Shown here: in pieces, positions 35,931 through 49,531 of the stretch | Numbering within the stretch: the first letter of the stretch is position 1 | Layout: every line of letters starts with the position of its first letter | Source of the DNA: Mobula hypostoma | Lineage: Eukaryota | Length of the DNA: 64,000 nucleotides | Direction: 5' to 3' | Assembly: GCF_963921235.1 (NCBI RefSeq) | Contig: NC_086097.1 | Location: forward strand, 128,652,001 to 128,716,000 | Notes under the pieces: generated by a model | Database searches by the model: none | Told to the model about the DNA's origin: nothing | What the model saw: the letters and a program-made list of their open reading frames with translations, nothing else | Made by a program: the position numbers and the translations under genes

Positions 35931-36489
35931 TAGTTGGAAGCAATCAAAGTTACTTGTCCATACAACCATGTTTCAATATTTCTGACTGAATACTTTGATT
36001 AAATATCTGCCTTGCATTAACAGCATATACAGTGTAACCACACTATAACAGCTGTTAGGGACAACTGTAGCACACACAATAAAAACGACCCACAGAAGAA
36101 GTAAAACTAATATTTACCTAGTTCTGGAATAATCTTTCTTTATGCTTTAAGATATAGTACAATGAATGCTCACACTTTGAATAGATTTCCCCATTGCCTC
36201 CCCCATACTTCCCATTCAATCCCCACCATTGTATCCTGCATCACATAGATCACTATTGTCGAATTGGCAATCCTTTTCCAGATTCTATTACATCTTCCAG
36301 ATGTGGGAAATAGTACTGCCAGCATCGGGACAGTGGTTAGAAGTGCTCATTTTATGTTTGAATGTGCACTGTCCGGGAGGCACTCACAAAATGAAGGTCC
36401 GTAACATTCTGATGGGAATATGATTGATTTCCTGTGATCCTGTAATGAAAGCTCATTCTGGCCCCATGGCACATCATAAACCACAACAC

Positions 36490-37045
36490 AATGTACAATG
36501 TATTGTACAAGACATTGGTAAGACCACACTTGGAGCGTTCCTTACAGTTTTGGTCGCCTTGTTATAGGAAGGACGTCATTAAGCTGAAAAGAGTACAGAG
36601 AAGGTTAACAAGGATGCTGTCAGGACTTGAAGGTCTGGGTTATATAGAGAGATTGGGAAGACTAAAACTTTACTCCCTGGAATCTAAGAAATTGAGGCGT
36701 GACCTTATAGAAGTGTATAAAATCATGAGGGGTATAGATAGGTTGAATGCACAGCTAGGGGAACTAAAACTAGAGGCATAGGTTTAAGATGAGAGGTGAA
36801 GGATTTAAGGGAGATCTGAGGGGTAACTTCTTCATCCAGATGATGGTCAGTAGATGGAATAAGCTGCCAGAGGACGAGGTTGAGGCAAGTCCAGCAACAA
36901 CATTTAAAAGACATTCGGATAAGTACACAGAAAGGAAGTGTTTAGAGGGATATGGGACAAATGGGACAAGCTTAATGGACACCATGGTCAACATGGAAGA
37001 GATGGGTCAAAAGGCTATGGTAATCCATGAATCTATGACTCTATG
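36490..37045 (+). mobile_element. CR1 3' fragment
   Basis: LYKTLVRPHLE..QFWSPCYRKDVIKLKRVQRR...RRDLIEVYKIMRG. Confidence 0.9.
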
Positions 37046-37240
37046 GCAACAAGAGGCATCATATTAAGGTTGTGCTTTATGCAGAGTCCTCCCACCATCT
37101 TCATGTGCAATCAGATTCTATTGTAGAGTGATGGGAAAGTCGAAACTGAGAGACGTAGAAGATATCTTCCAACATCTCTGTGACACGACTTCCAATATGG
37201 ATGGTACCCTTTCCTCAAGAGGATGTTATATACCATATGC

Positions 37241-37353
37241 AACACACATAAACACTGGAGGAACTCAGCAAGTCAGGCAGCATCTGACCTTCCTGTGTTT
37301 TATGTGTGTTGCTTTGGATTTTCAGCATCTGCAGCCTGTTTCATTTTTATTAA
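37241..37353. mobile_element. Tiny fold-back PLE tail insertion
   Basis: aacacacataaacactggaggaactcagc...ttttatgtgtgttgc...cagcatctgcag; TSD ataccatatgc 37230-37240 / ataccacgtgc 37354-37364. Confidence 0.7.
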
Positions 37354-37989
37354 ATACCACGTGCCATGGCACCACCATTCTCAACTGTTGCTCACTGAAG
37401 GTATCAGCTGTGCGCCATGAGGTCATGAAGTCTGTCTATGCGTATCATTGATGTAATGGCATGATGTTCCTATATGGTTGAATGACTGACAATGGGTGTA
37501 GTGTTAGAGGTCTGTTTGCAAGATTTAAGGCGTGGAAAGTGTGTTGATAGTGGGTGATGAAATGTTAGCAGGGAACGGGAATGCATCTGGTGGGATATGT
37601 GATATTAAGTTATATGTGTTGAACACAGCATTTTGCTCACTGACGTTGCATCCACAGGCTTGAAGCTTGATTTCTCACATTGAGTGTCACAGTCCTCTGC
37701 CTTTACCTAGTGGTTCTCCGGACTCTTCACACATAAAAGACCTCTCTCTTACCTTCCTTTTTGTCTGTCAATGCTCACCGAGTCAATTGGAAGACTCTGG
37801 GCCCCTTCTCTCAGCTGTGAACTTCCAATAAGCATGAAAGACCATTGGAAAAACTTCCACCTATTCTCAGCCACGGTACCTCACTTCCTTAGCAGGTACA
37901 GCTTGATGCAGAAAAGATTGCCATGGATCCTGTGTAGTGATCACACTCAGATTCATGAAGCTGTCTCTATCCATTGCACCAAGTTGCCT

Positions 37990-39025
37990 GCCACCTCCAA
38001 CGAACATATAATTCTCTGTAACTTCTGCCACCTCCAACGGGATCCCACCACTAAGCACATCTTTCCCTCCCCCCCCTCACTGCTTTCCGCAGGGATCGCT
38101 CCCTACACGACTCCCTTGTCCATTCATCCCCCCCCATCTCTTCCCACCGATCTTCCTCCTGGCATTTATCCTTGTAAGTGGAACAAGTGCTACACATGCC
38201 CTTACACTTCCTCCCTTACCACCATTCAGGGCCCCAGACAGTCCTTCCAGGTGAGGCGACACTTCACCTGTGAGTTGGCTGGGGTGATATACTGCATCCG
38301 GTGTTCCCGATGTGGCCTTCTATATATTGGCGAGACCCGACGCAGACTGGGAGACCATTTCGCTGAACACCTACATTCTGTCCACTGGAGAAAGCAGGAT
38401 CTCCCAGTGGCCACACATTTTAATTCCACGTCCCATTCCCATTCTGATATGTCTATCCATGGCCTCCTCTACTGTCAAGATGAAGTCACACTCAGGTTGG
38501 AGGAACAATACCTTATATTCCGTCTGGGTAGCCTCCAACCTGATGGCATGAACATTGACTTCTCTAACTTCCATTAATGCCCCACCTCCCCTTTGTACCC
38601 CATCCGCTATTTATTATTATTACTTTTTTCCCTGTTTTTTCTCTCTCTCTTTTTTCTCCCTCTGTCCCTCTCACTATACCCCTTGCCCATCCTCTGGGCT
38701 CCCCTCCCCCTTTCTTTCTCCCTAGGCTTCCTTTCCCATGATCCTCTCCTTTCTCCAGCCTCATATCCCCTTTGCCAATCAACTTTCCAGCTCTTAGCTC
38801 CATCCCTCCCCCTCCTGTCTTTTCCTGTCATTTCGGATCTCCCCCTCCCCCTCCCACTTTCAAATTTCTTACTATCTCTTCTTTCGGTTAGTCCTGACGA
38901 AGCGTCTCGGCCCGAAACATCAACTGTACCTCTCCCTATCGATGCTGCCTGGCCTGCTGCATTCACCAGCATTTTTTTGTGTGTGTTGCTTGAATTTCCA
39001 GCATCTGCAGATTTCCTTGTGCTTG
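37990..39025 (+). mobile_element. 5'-truncated PLE: linker, GIY-YIG, pLTR, hammerhead (38890-38925), complete tail
   Basis: CKWNKCYTC...GVIYCIRCSRCGLLYIGETRRRL; agtcctgacgaagcgtctcggcccgaaacatc. Confidence 0.93.
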
Positions 39026-39409
39026 TGCTTCTATTTCCTACATCATTTTGAGTAAGCCAGTTGCATCAAGATTCACGAATCCAGCCTCAAGAGGTGTATT
39101 GGAAAATCACCACCCACCCCCTACCCCAAGATTAATTCAGAGAGCTGCTAAGAGTCAGTCATTTTGCTGTGTGTTGTGTCCCACATAGAAAAGGATAAGG
39201 AATGATTGGCAGATTTCCTTTCCTGAACAACAAACCTAAACGAGACAGGCTTTTGTAGCAAAAGTTTCAAGACCGCAACCAATTTTAAATCCAGTTTGCA
39301 ACTTTAATAGTTCCAAATGTCTCAATAGGATCTGAAATCATTACTTTACACCAATAGTCCAGGATTTTAGACAACAGCCCAGTCACTTTATCCAAGGCAA
39401 ACATTCTTT

Positions 39410-39960
39410 TTTTTCTAGTTTGAAGTGGATGTACAATTTGACAACTGACGTACAGTGAAAAACTTTGATTTGTTTGTTAAAGTGCAAGGCAGGCAGACAA
39501 TAAAATGTAAGACCATGACAAAGCAAAGGTCAAGACTCCTTCATATTGTGCAAGATTCTGTTTTATAATCTTATAGCAGTGGGATTAAAGTTGTCCTTGA
39601 GTTTGGTGGTATGTGCTTTTATATCTTCAGTTCATAGGAGTTGGGGGCGGGGAAGGTAGAATGTCAGAGGTGTGAGGGTTATTTGATTACATCAGCTGCT
39701 TTTTTGGGTCTGTGAGATGTATTCCAAATTCCATAAAGGGAAGGCTAGTTTTCATGATGTCCTGAGCTCAGCGATCTGCAGTTTTTGTGGTCTCGGGTAG
39801 CACACCTGCTGTACCAGGATCGAAAGCTTTCTATGATGTTTTTATAAAAATTCATGAAGGTCAATGCAGTCATGTTGAATTCCCTTCACCTCCTGAAGAA
39901 GTAGAGGCACTGGTATGCTTTTTGGCCATGGCATTTATATGGTTGGTCCAGGACAATCTA
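39410..39960 (-). mobile_element. Rex1-type 3' fragment
   Basis: tcctgaagaagtagaggcactgg (QCLYFFR); tacagtgaaaaac tail. Confidence 0.65.
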
Positions 39961-42900
39961 TAGGCTTTCCAGCATACTGCCTGGTTTGTGTGGCCGTGTT
40001 TCTCTCCTCACAGATGGGCCCTGAGCTGTTGTTGAGCATTCCCAGCATTTTCTGTTCTTCTGTGGCTTGTGTAAAACTAATTCCAGATTTATCAGTAAAA
40101 CTCTGATGATTCTCTTCAAATCTGTGTCTCATTTCATCCCTAAGACTCTACGGCAACAGAAAAGCTTCAGCTCCCTTTCAGTCAAGACTAAGTTATCTTG
40201 TGAAAGTTTTGCAAATAGCAAGAATATTAATTGCGAGGTACTCAAGAGTGGTTGAAGTTCCCAGAGTAGCACAATGTTGAAATTAACAATGTCAGTTTCA
40301 GCACAACATTCTCTGCTGGTCTGGGATCAGTTGATCAGGACTCTGAAGACAATGTCCTTAAGGAAATTAGGTGGAAGAATCAGAGTCTAGAGTATTGTTG
40401 CTATTTTCACCAGATCCCCAACCACCATTCCTCTTCAGGTACCTGAAATACAAACTTACTTCTCCGATTTTTACGGAGCACAGATAATTTTTTTGTGCAA
40501 AGTCTGCACCATACTTGATCTGCCAGAATCTCTGTGTTTAGGGTATTCATCTTTCACAAGATTACTGCGCTGATTTTTTGCTACGAGTCAAATTGCCTTA
40601 ATGAAAGCTCCCAAATTACATTTAATGCCGCTGCTAAGTTTTGAAATATAATCAGTTTTACAAATTTTATCAGATTTACTAATGAAGCTTGCCCTGAGCA
40701 ATTGTTCTGTGTGTTCTTTGGAGAACAGTGCGTGTCATAACTATGGAGATTAATCTTGATTATTCTAGTCTGGGATAAGTAGCTACGAAAGCCCTATTTG
40801 CACAAGAAATTGCACTAATGCATGTAGATGATGCAATTTTGGGCTCCGTTCCCTGCTTCATTGGCTGTGATAATTAAAAAAATACAGAGGTAAGCTGCAA
40901 TAACTGACAGTATGAATAAGGCAATAATATCCAAAAGCATTACGGGCTTGTGGAAATAACATGGAACTAAAGTAGATATCTGTCATATGGGAAGACTATG
41001 CTTACATCATCTCCAAGGCTGTTGTCATTTTGCATTTTATGTCCTTCATTCTTGGTACTTTATATGCTTGTCACATCCTCTTAACTGTGAGAGGCATAGT
41101 ATCCAAGACCACTAGCATACTGTGTATTAATAGAATAATGATAGCAACAGAATCATTTGGGGATTTATCATTTAGTAAATCCTCAGACGTTCTCAATCAT
41201 CCACTTCAGTTTTACAGAATAGTTTAATTAGTAGTTTTATAACCTCACCCTCTCTTTAAATTAATTAATAATTAAGTTAAATATAGGAATGTTTAATGTG
41301 GTAATTAGTTATCAGTTTTATGGCCATTAGACTTCAGGTCTTTTACATTTTCTTATGAGCCAATAAAGTGTGTGCCACATTAAGAAGCAGAGATGACACA
41401 GCCACACGTGGTATGCCGTTTGATAATCTGTTTTTTAAAGGGCATTTGAGTCAGGAGGAACATTAGGCTTTGCAGGGGGGAATATGCTGTTTATGATTAA
41501 TCTTATATCAGTCATTTGGAGACAAGTAACAGATAACAATGACTTCTGATTAATATGAATCTACTGTCTGTGAGAAGATAGCAATGATATTAGAGTAATG
41601 ATAACTGGACTGCTTGATATCAGTGTGTGGGAATACTCTTCCTTTTTCATTGTCAAATTTCAGGGGGGAAAGGGTACAATAAGCTATTCCCAATGGTATA
41701 TTTAAGTAAAAGGCCAATCTTTGAGGCTAAAGTGATATTAAATCAGTAAAACCTATTGCAGGTATAAGTAAGCCCTTTCTTCGCTCTCTTCAATATCCCT
41801 CATCAACCTGTTTAAAATAAACTGACCACGGTCTCCAGAAAATTAGCAAAGTGACGAGTTTCTCAAGAGCGCATCAGGAGATTGTGTACTGATATAACCT
41901 TGCAGCATGTTAAAGGGTCTGTGCGCAGTCAATCAAAAAGTTAACTGCAGCAAGCTCCCAAGTGTTAGAGTCAAGTGTTTACCGACGTTCTGCTGGATTA
42001 GTGGAGTCAGAAGCACTACGGGTGATTTTTATTGTATCACCAAGCATCAACTGCCAAGATAAAAAAGGGAAAAAAAAAGGTCAATTTAGTAGCTGCAAAG
42101 TAAATAATTTAAGAGGCCATGCAATCTCTTTGCTTCAATGAATGTTAAATGGTACTTATTGGGATTAATAACAATGCTTTGCATCTCATTAATATATGTA
42201 CTGAATACAGAACTGCTGTATGCCAGCACAATGACTATTGCTCTCCCCTTTACTCTCCCCAGTATTTGCCTTCCTTGAACACTGGGACATAATTGCTTCC
42301 ATATTTAACATGCACACACACCTCCCGACATTGGAACTATCTGCAACTATTTTCAATAATTGATTCCCAGCTTTAATTGAACAGCAGGACTGACTGACAT
42401 AGCTCATTACTTTACTCGTTAGTTAATTATCAAGAAGTGGGACAAGTCAATAAAACTGAAGGCAGTAAATTCAAATACTAATTAGGACAGTTTCCTCAGA
42501 GACACATTCAAAGGCAGATTGGTTACCTGAATGTCCTGAGACCTTGTGAATGGAGGCACGATCTAGATTACAACCAGCGGAACCATAAACAGATGTGCTC
42601 AGGAAATCAGGAATTTACATGTACATCCTGGTCAATGCTACTAGATTAGGTGAATATTTTATTGTACTGTGGAAGCATTGTTTCATGATTATTATTTTGA
42701 CTCTTCTTCATCCTTGTTAATTTTGTTGTCTTTAAGTGGTGAGGAATCTATGTGACAGTTGTAGAGTGCTCAGGAGCACAGGACTTACATTTGCACGGCA
42801 TTTCCTGAACTCCTCTCCAGTCACTGAGAGCTCTCTTAAAAACTGCATTTAAAAGATATGAACAGACAATGATGGAAACGTTCAGCAAGTTGGAGAGAGG

Positions 42901-43164
42901 AACAAATTTCAGATCAATGGCTTTTTGTTCCCATTTCTTTCAAGCGTTTTTGTCCAGGTTTCACTGGCTGAAACATGGTGTTAATAGATGACCTTGCAGA
43001 ATCTACAGGGGTCAGGCCTCCTCACCGTGAGACCACCTATACTTTGGAAAGGGGTGTCCCTCCTCTGTCCCACAGCAGTTACTTCCGTAAAAAAGACCGA
43101 GTACTGCAGGCAGTTTTAAAGTTCAAATTAAATTTATTATCATTCCGAATCTTCACAAATCTCC

Positions 43165-43830
43165 GTGGAAGTAGAGGTGCTGCTATGTTTTCTTTGTAAT
43201 TGCACTTACACAATGGGCCAGGAAAAGTCCTCTGAAATGATAACACTGAGGAATTTAAAGTTGCTGTCACACCCCCACCTCCGATCCCCCAGTGAGGACT
43301 GGCTCATAGTCTTCCGGTTTCCTCCTCCTGAAGTCAATAATCAGCTCCTTGGTCTTGCTGAATTTGAGTAAGAGGTTGTTGTTGTGGCACTGCTCAGCCA
43401 GATTTTCAATCTCCCTCACTTAGGCTGAATCATCACCACCTCTGATTTGGCCAACAACAGTGATGTCATCTGAAAACTTAAATATGGCATGGAAGCTGAG
43501 CTTAAACTCACAGTTATGAGTATAGGGTGAGTAGAACAGTGGGGGGGGGTGTAAGCCCATAGCCTTGCCGTGTATCTGTGCTGATGGAGATTGTGGAGGA
43601 CATTTTGTTGTTAATCTGAACTGACTGGGATTTGCAGGTGAGGAAATCGAGGATCCAATTGCAAAAGTAGGTACTGAGGCCAAGGTCTTGAAGCTTGTGA
43701 TTAATTTTGAAGGGATGCTAGTATTGAGTGCCGAGCTGTAATCAATAAAAAGCATCCTGATATATACATCTTTGCTGATCAGGTGTTCCAGGGTTGAGTG
43801 AAGAGCCAACAAAATGGCATCTGCTGCCTT
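43165..43830 (-). mobile_element. Rex1/Babar RT fragment
   Basis: [14 protein letters not shown]...[20 protein letters not shown]...[14 protein letters not shown]. Confidence 0.88.
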
Positions 43831-44237
43831 GGGCATAAATTGAACTGAAAGAAGGTAGATGTTAGCCTGGTTTTGAACAAGTTTTCATTGTCAAAGGGGT
43901 TAGAGAGGCTTTAGAGTAATACAACAGCCCCAGCATGCTCAACCTCCCTTCATAGCTCTGTCATTCAAGTCAGGGCAACCAAAGCTGAAAACAAATACGG
44001 TTTCATTAACATCTTGTACAACTGCAACATAGCATCCCAAATTCTCTACTCAATGCCCTAATTAACTAGCTTTTTATTTTCCCAAACATATCTGAATGGT
44101 CCAATTAGGCATTTCTGCCTCTGTTATGACTCTGGGCAGAATGGGATTGCAGAGAATATTGCTGCATCTGTGAGAAAGGTTGAATAAATCAGTTTGTTGA
44201 AACCGGTTGTTCGCTCTGCCTTACATTGGGAAATTGA

Positions 44238-44725
44238 TAGATTGATTTATTATTGTCACATTTTCTGAGGTACAGTAAAAAAAACCTGTTTGGAATACTG
44301 TTAATACTGATCAATTCATAGCAACATCACACTGAGGTAGTACAACGTAAAACAATAACAAAATGCAGAATAAAGAATTACAGAGAAAGTGCAGTGCAGA
44401 TGGACAATAAAGGTAGACCCTGAGGTCAAGAGTCTATCTTATTGTACAAGGGGACCACGCAATAGTCATATAACAATGGAATAGAAACTGTCCTTGTGCC
44501 TGGTAGTGTGTTCTTTCAGGCTTTTGTATCTTCTGCCTGATGGAAGTGGGAGGACAGAGAATGTTGAGGGAGGGTGGGGTTTTTGATTATGCTGGGTGCT
44601 TTACAGATGTAGGAAGAAGTGTAGACAGAGTCCATGGAGGAGAGGCTGGTTTCTGTGATGTGCGGAGCTGTGCTCACAACTCTGCAGTTTTTTGCAGTCA
44701 CAGCTGGGGCTGTTACCATACCAAG
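44238..44725 (-). mobile_element. Rex1-type 3' fragment
   Basis: AWYGN.S...ITETSL.SMDSVY..KA.SIIK.P; tttattattgtcacat tail. Confidence 0.75.
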
Positions 44726-45199
44726 CCAAGGTGCATTCAGATAATGCATCCATTCCAACTGTGACCGCACTTCAAAGGCTTAAGCAAACCTTCAGTCTGG
44801 CAGAACTCATCCATGTGTCCTTAATGTTATGAGGGGAGCTTGGTAACTAGTTCATGATTTTCTCTTGCAATGAAATACAGTGAAAAACCTTTGTATGTTA
44901 TGTATATTCACCTTCAAGAACTCACATGAGATGTATTTTTTGACGCTATGGTTGGAGGCATCTCTGATACTCCTGTCACTTCCCAGCCACAACCCGCCTC
45001 GCCCTTCCACCACACACTCAAACACACATCCCTGACTTCACAAACTCATTTAATGGTCATAAAATATTTTTCAATTTCATGAATGGCAACATTTAAATAG
45101 AAGTCATTCTTTCTCTTTGAAGCCTGCTTTTCAATATGGTTTTAGATTGGTCACACCTAACCTCACCTCAACCATTCAGCCTGTTCCGGCACCTGTTGT

Positions 45200-45500
45200 C
45201 ATTTGCCGCTTCTGTCATCTTCCTGTCTCTATCATAAATTCCACTCTCCCCTTCTCTATTTGTGAATCACCTCTCCTCATCTGGATCAAACCATCAGCTG
45301 TCAGTTCATGCTATACCCTTTCCCTTCATCCCTTTCCACAAACTCTCCCCCCTCTATCCTTCAGTCTGGGGATGAAGGGTCTAGACCTGAAATATTGACT
45401 GTCCGTGTTCCTCAACAGATGCTGCCTGACCCACTGTGTCCCTCCACTAACTGGTTTGTTGCTTCAGATTCCAGCATCTGTCATCTCTTGTGTCTCCAGA
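45200..45500 (+). mobile_element. Old PLE pLTR with decayed hammerhead (~45361-45401)
   Basis: gatgaagggtctagacctgaaatattgactg...cagatgctgcctgacc...ccagcatctg. Confidence 0.72.
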
Positions 45501-46189
45501 TATTAATCTAACAACGATGAAGCACTGGGACCTTTTTTAACTTGGTTAAACCAGAATGCAAATGAAATCAAATGCATTCAGGTTACACATGACTTCTCAT
45601 AGATGAATCTGTTAATCAAAGTTGATAAACAGAACAGGGAGATCATTCACTGACCCCGGGTGTCATTCAGTGCCTGCACATGAGCCATACCCTTTCTTCC
45701 AGTAGGATGCCAGTCTTCCAGTGTGATGCCAGCTCTCAACACATCCATCTCCACCAGCACTGTGAGGTGTAGGGCCTGAGGTTGGCTGCTCTCCTAGAAA
45801 GATTCTGACAGCTGGTGAGGCCCCACCTCCAACTTCACCAGCTGTCAAGGCTATCAGCAAAACTGAATGTGACATGCATTCAAAAGCACCTGGCAAGTTT
45901 AAAAAAAGAAGAAAATAAAATTATAAAATTTCAGAAAATAAAAACACAATAAAACACTCAAAGGTTGCTGTTTAAACAAATCAAGAAAGCCAACTTGCCA
46001 TTCTCCTGGCAACTGTTTTGTTTTCCCCCCACCAATATCATGGAGACTGCTGAACTTGTGGTAGGTTTACCCAGAGAACAGATTGCCCATACAAGAGCAG
46101 AAATCTCTGTGAAAATCTATGCTTTCTCATTGTACTCTTGGACAGAGGAAGTCACTGCTGGTTTTAAACCACACTAGCACTGAATAAAG

Positions 46190-46615
46190 GACAGAAAAAC
46201 CCAGAATTTTGAAAGAACTCAACGGTCAAGCAGCATCTGCAGAGGTGTAGGTGTAAGCTGAGAGTTCTTGTGGAGACCTTGTAACACCCTTCTGCCCCGC
46301 CACAGTTCTCCTTCAACACACACTCACGTGTCCACCTAGTTTTTTCTCTTTTTATTCACCTTCCTATCGCCCCCACCCCCAACCTGGTTCCATCCGCCTA
46401 TCATTTCCTCCCCGTCTGGTTCAGCCTATCACTCTCCAGCCTTTATCTCCCTCCCTATTTCTCTGCTGTATACAGGCGATGTTTGCTCCACGCTCTCAGT
46501 TCTGAAGTGGAGTCTCAGCTTGAGTGGGAAACTTACACCTTTTGCCTCCACAGATGCTGCTTGACCCGCTGAGTTTTATAAGTGTTGTTTTCTTTTCTTG
46601 TTCCAGATTTCAGCG
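46190..46615. mobile_element. Old fold-back PLE pLTR
   Basis: aactcaacggtcaagcagcatctgcagagg / cctccacagatgctgcttgacccgctgagtt. Confidence 0.65.
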
Positions 46616-47294
46616 AACAAAAATACTTCCAACAAAATGTGGGGCAAGTCTGACAGAAGAACCCATGCCTGGGCAGAAGATCGAACACTCCATTTTATAT
46701 TCAAAAACAAGGGTCAGGAGCATCCAGTGTCACAGTTAATCCACCACTATCACTCTTAACCTAGTTTTAATTGGCATGCCTGGGAAAAGGAAGGAATGTG
46801 TGGGAGAAGAGAAAGATATTTGCAAGGACGAAGCTCATGATCCCCCGAGTTTATAGCACAGTCACTTTTCCTTTCCAGTCAATTTGCTTCCACAGGCAAA
46901 GTTACCAAACAAAATGTTCCCGAGGCCCCAGGGAGGAAGTGACAGAAGGCTTGCTTTATTTACCTTAGCAGCCATATCGTGTCATCTGCTTAATCATGTG
47001 GCTAATCGACATCATCATGTATCCTCTCATACTGTGCTCAACAATAAATACTCATTCATATTTAATACAATGGAAGTGTTTAAGCCTTTCCTTGCTGCTT
47101 TTGATAAGATATTACTTTCCATTGTGTTGGGAGGCTGGAACAAGCCTCTCCGGAGACCGAGAGGGCATATGTTCCGATTATGCCAGTCGGGAGCAGGTTG
47201 CTGTGCAGCTGCTGTGGGTCACTTGGGAGGGAGAGAGGGAAGGGAAAGGGAAAAAAAAAGCAAAGCACAGCATTGCAATTGACGATCTGCAATG

Positions 47295-47685
47295 TCAGCT
47301 GGGCCTCAGTGAGTAACACTCTTGCCTTTGAGTCAGAAGGCTGTGAGTTCAAGACCCGCTCTAGTGGGCCCATGCGCAGCAGTCCAGTGAGATGCTCCAC
47401 TGCAGCTCTGAGGAAGAGCTGAAGCGTCACAGGGTGATGTCTTTAGATGTGACATTAGTTGCTTGTGAATCATCCAAGGATGTTACTTTGAAGAAGCGTG
47501 GGGGAGTTATTCCACATCAATGCAAAGAGACAGATAATCTACTTATTAATTCTTCTTATGGGAGCTAATTGTGCACAAATTGATTGATGTCAAGCCAGTA
47601 GCCACACACCACAAGTATTTCTTTGGCTGCAAAGTGATTCCAGCTGCTGTGAAACTGTTTCAGAAATGTAAGTTTTCTCTTCTTT
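47295..47685 (+). mobile_element. Deu-domain SINE (SacSINE1/AmnSINE superfamily)
   Basis: tRNA head CTCAGTGAGTAACACTCTTGCCTTTGAGTCAGAAGGCTGTGAGTTCAAG; TTTGAAGAAG..GGGGAGTTAT; TGGGAGCT...TGTGCACAAATTG. Confidence 0.72.
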
Positions 47686-47757
47686 CATAAAATTATAACT
47701 TTATCACATTTTAGTACAAGAAGTAAGAAGTCCATTTCTAGTTATAAATGAAAATGA

Positions 47758-47950
47758 AACACAAATTCTGCAGTTACTGGACATCTGAAACTAAAACAGA
47801 AAATGTTAGAAGTACTCAGTAGGTCAGGCAGCATCTGTGGATAGAGAAAACAGAGTTAACGTTTGAGGTCAAAGACCCTTCAGCAGAGTGAGAAAGAGCA
47901 AAAACCAGTTGGTTTTAAATTGCTGAGAAAGCAGGAGAAAGTTGAGTAGG
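47758..47950 (-). mobile_element. PLE tail of a different subfamily with hammerhead-like motif (~47851-47890)
   Basis: Reverse complement ctctgctgaagggtctttgacctcaaacgttaactctg...acagatgctgcctgacc. Confidence 0.68.
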
Positions 47951-48277
47951 ACAAAAGTTCAGGATCTAACCTGGGATGCCATTGCTTTGAGGCAATGGAT
48001 CTACTGGCTGCACGATTGTCAATGTTGTGTCTTCCATTGTTGCTTTTACTCCCTGTGCTATTATTCTCTCTCTTTTTCAGCCACTTCTCCCTCACCTTAC
48101 TTCCTTTCTTCTTTCCTTCATTTGGAAGGAAGCTCCACAGCCATTTGTAACTTGTCTGTCCCCTTCTGAGTTCTGGCACATCTATAACTCTGCAATCACC
48201 CATATGGCCAATATTGGTCAATTACACTCAAGCTCCTGTAGAAGCACAAATTGACAGTTGCTGTCATATTCTTTTAA

Positions 48278-49010
48278 GGATTAGAGATTAACTTTATTTA
48301 TTGTATGTATATTGAAACATGTACAGTGAAAAGTGCCGATTACATTAATAATCAATACAGTCCAAGGATGTTCTGGGGTCAGCCCAGAGTGATGCCATGC
48401 TTCCAACACCAAAATAGCATGCCCACAACTTACTAACCCTAATCCTAACCCATATCTCTTATCAATGTGGGAAGAAATCAGAGCACCAGAAGGTTCCCAC
48501 TGCTGCCTGTAAGAAGCTTGTATGTTCTCCCCGTGACCACATGGGATACCTCCTGGTGCTATAGGTTCCTCCCACAGTCCAAAGACATCACAGCTGGTTG
48601 GTTATTTGGAGATTGTAAACTGTCCCGTGATTAGGCTAGGATTAAATTGAGGGATTGCTGGGCAGCGTGGCTCAAAGGGCCAGGTGGGCCTACTCCACAC
48701 TGTACCTCAATAAATAAACAAACTAAACCCACGCGGTCAGTGGAGAACCTTACAGACAGTGGTAGGAATTCAACTCTGACTGCTTATAATATGAGCCTTT
48801 CAGTATGTTGAGTTAATGCCAGCTCTCATCTCACTGTCACATGCTTACCATCTCTTCACTGGTTCTCCTACTACCCACCTACAGCAAAGGTACTTTACAG
48901 CGACTAATTAACCTCCTTGCATGCCTTTGGGATTTGGGAGGAAACCAGAGCACCCGGAAAAGAGCGCACTGTCAGGGGAAGAATGTGCAAACCCCACACC
49001 CTCAGTACAC
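48278..49010. mobile_element. Cluster of nested V-SINE-type elements
   Basis: V-domain on minus (48467-48490, 48935-48960) and plus (48540-48580) strands. Confidence 0.65.
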
Positions 49011-49531
49011 ACCTGCGCCACAGGAGCTCCTCGACCTTCCTCCATCTTCCTCCTCCGATACGACCTTGCAGAGACATCGTTGGAGAATAACAGTGCTGCA
49101 TAAATTGCCATCAGAGTAAAAATTGTGACATCTTCAACACAATGCAGTCAAGAGAGTGTTTGAAATGTATGCAATCATGCAAAACTATTTAAGCCAGCGA
49201 ATTGGTCCTGTAACGTTGTAAAATTGACAACAAAATGGGTAATCATTGTGTCCAGGTACACTGAGTATTTTGTATGAAAGGATCCACTCACGCCTGCCAG
49301 ATTTCGCAATGTGAAAGAGGATTTGACTCTCACCACCCTCCTACAAAACAAGCTGTATTTAGTAATGTTCTGCGTAGTTCTTTCATCCCAATTGCCTCCA
49401 ATGGGAAGCAGTGCTTGCTGCAGATGTAACAGTGCCTCATCCTTGTCTGCATCCCACAAAGCTTAGTTTAGATGAGAACAGCTTCTTCCCTGCTGTTGTC
49501 TGATTCCTAAATGGTCACTGAACCCATGAAC

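Noticed and set aside
37771..38577. 268-aa ORF as a host-PLE fusion gene
   Set aside because: The N-terminus is chance read-through of flanking DNA, and the PLE part shifts frame near 38070-38130
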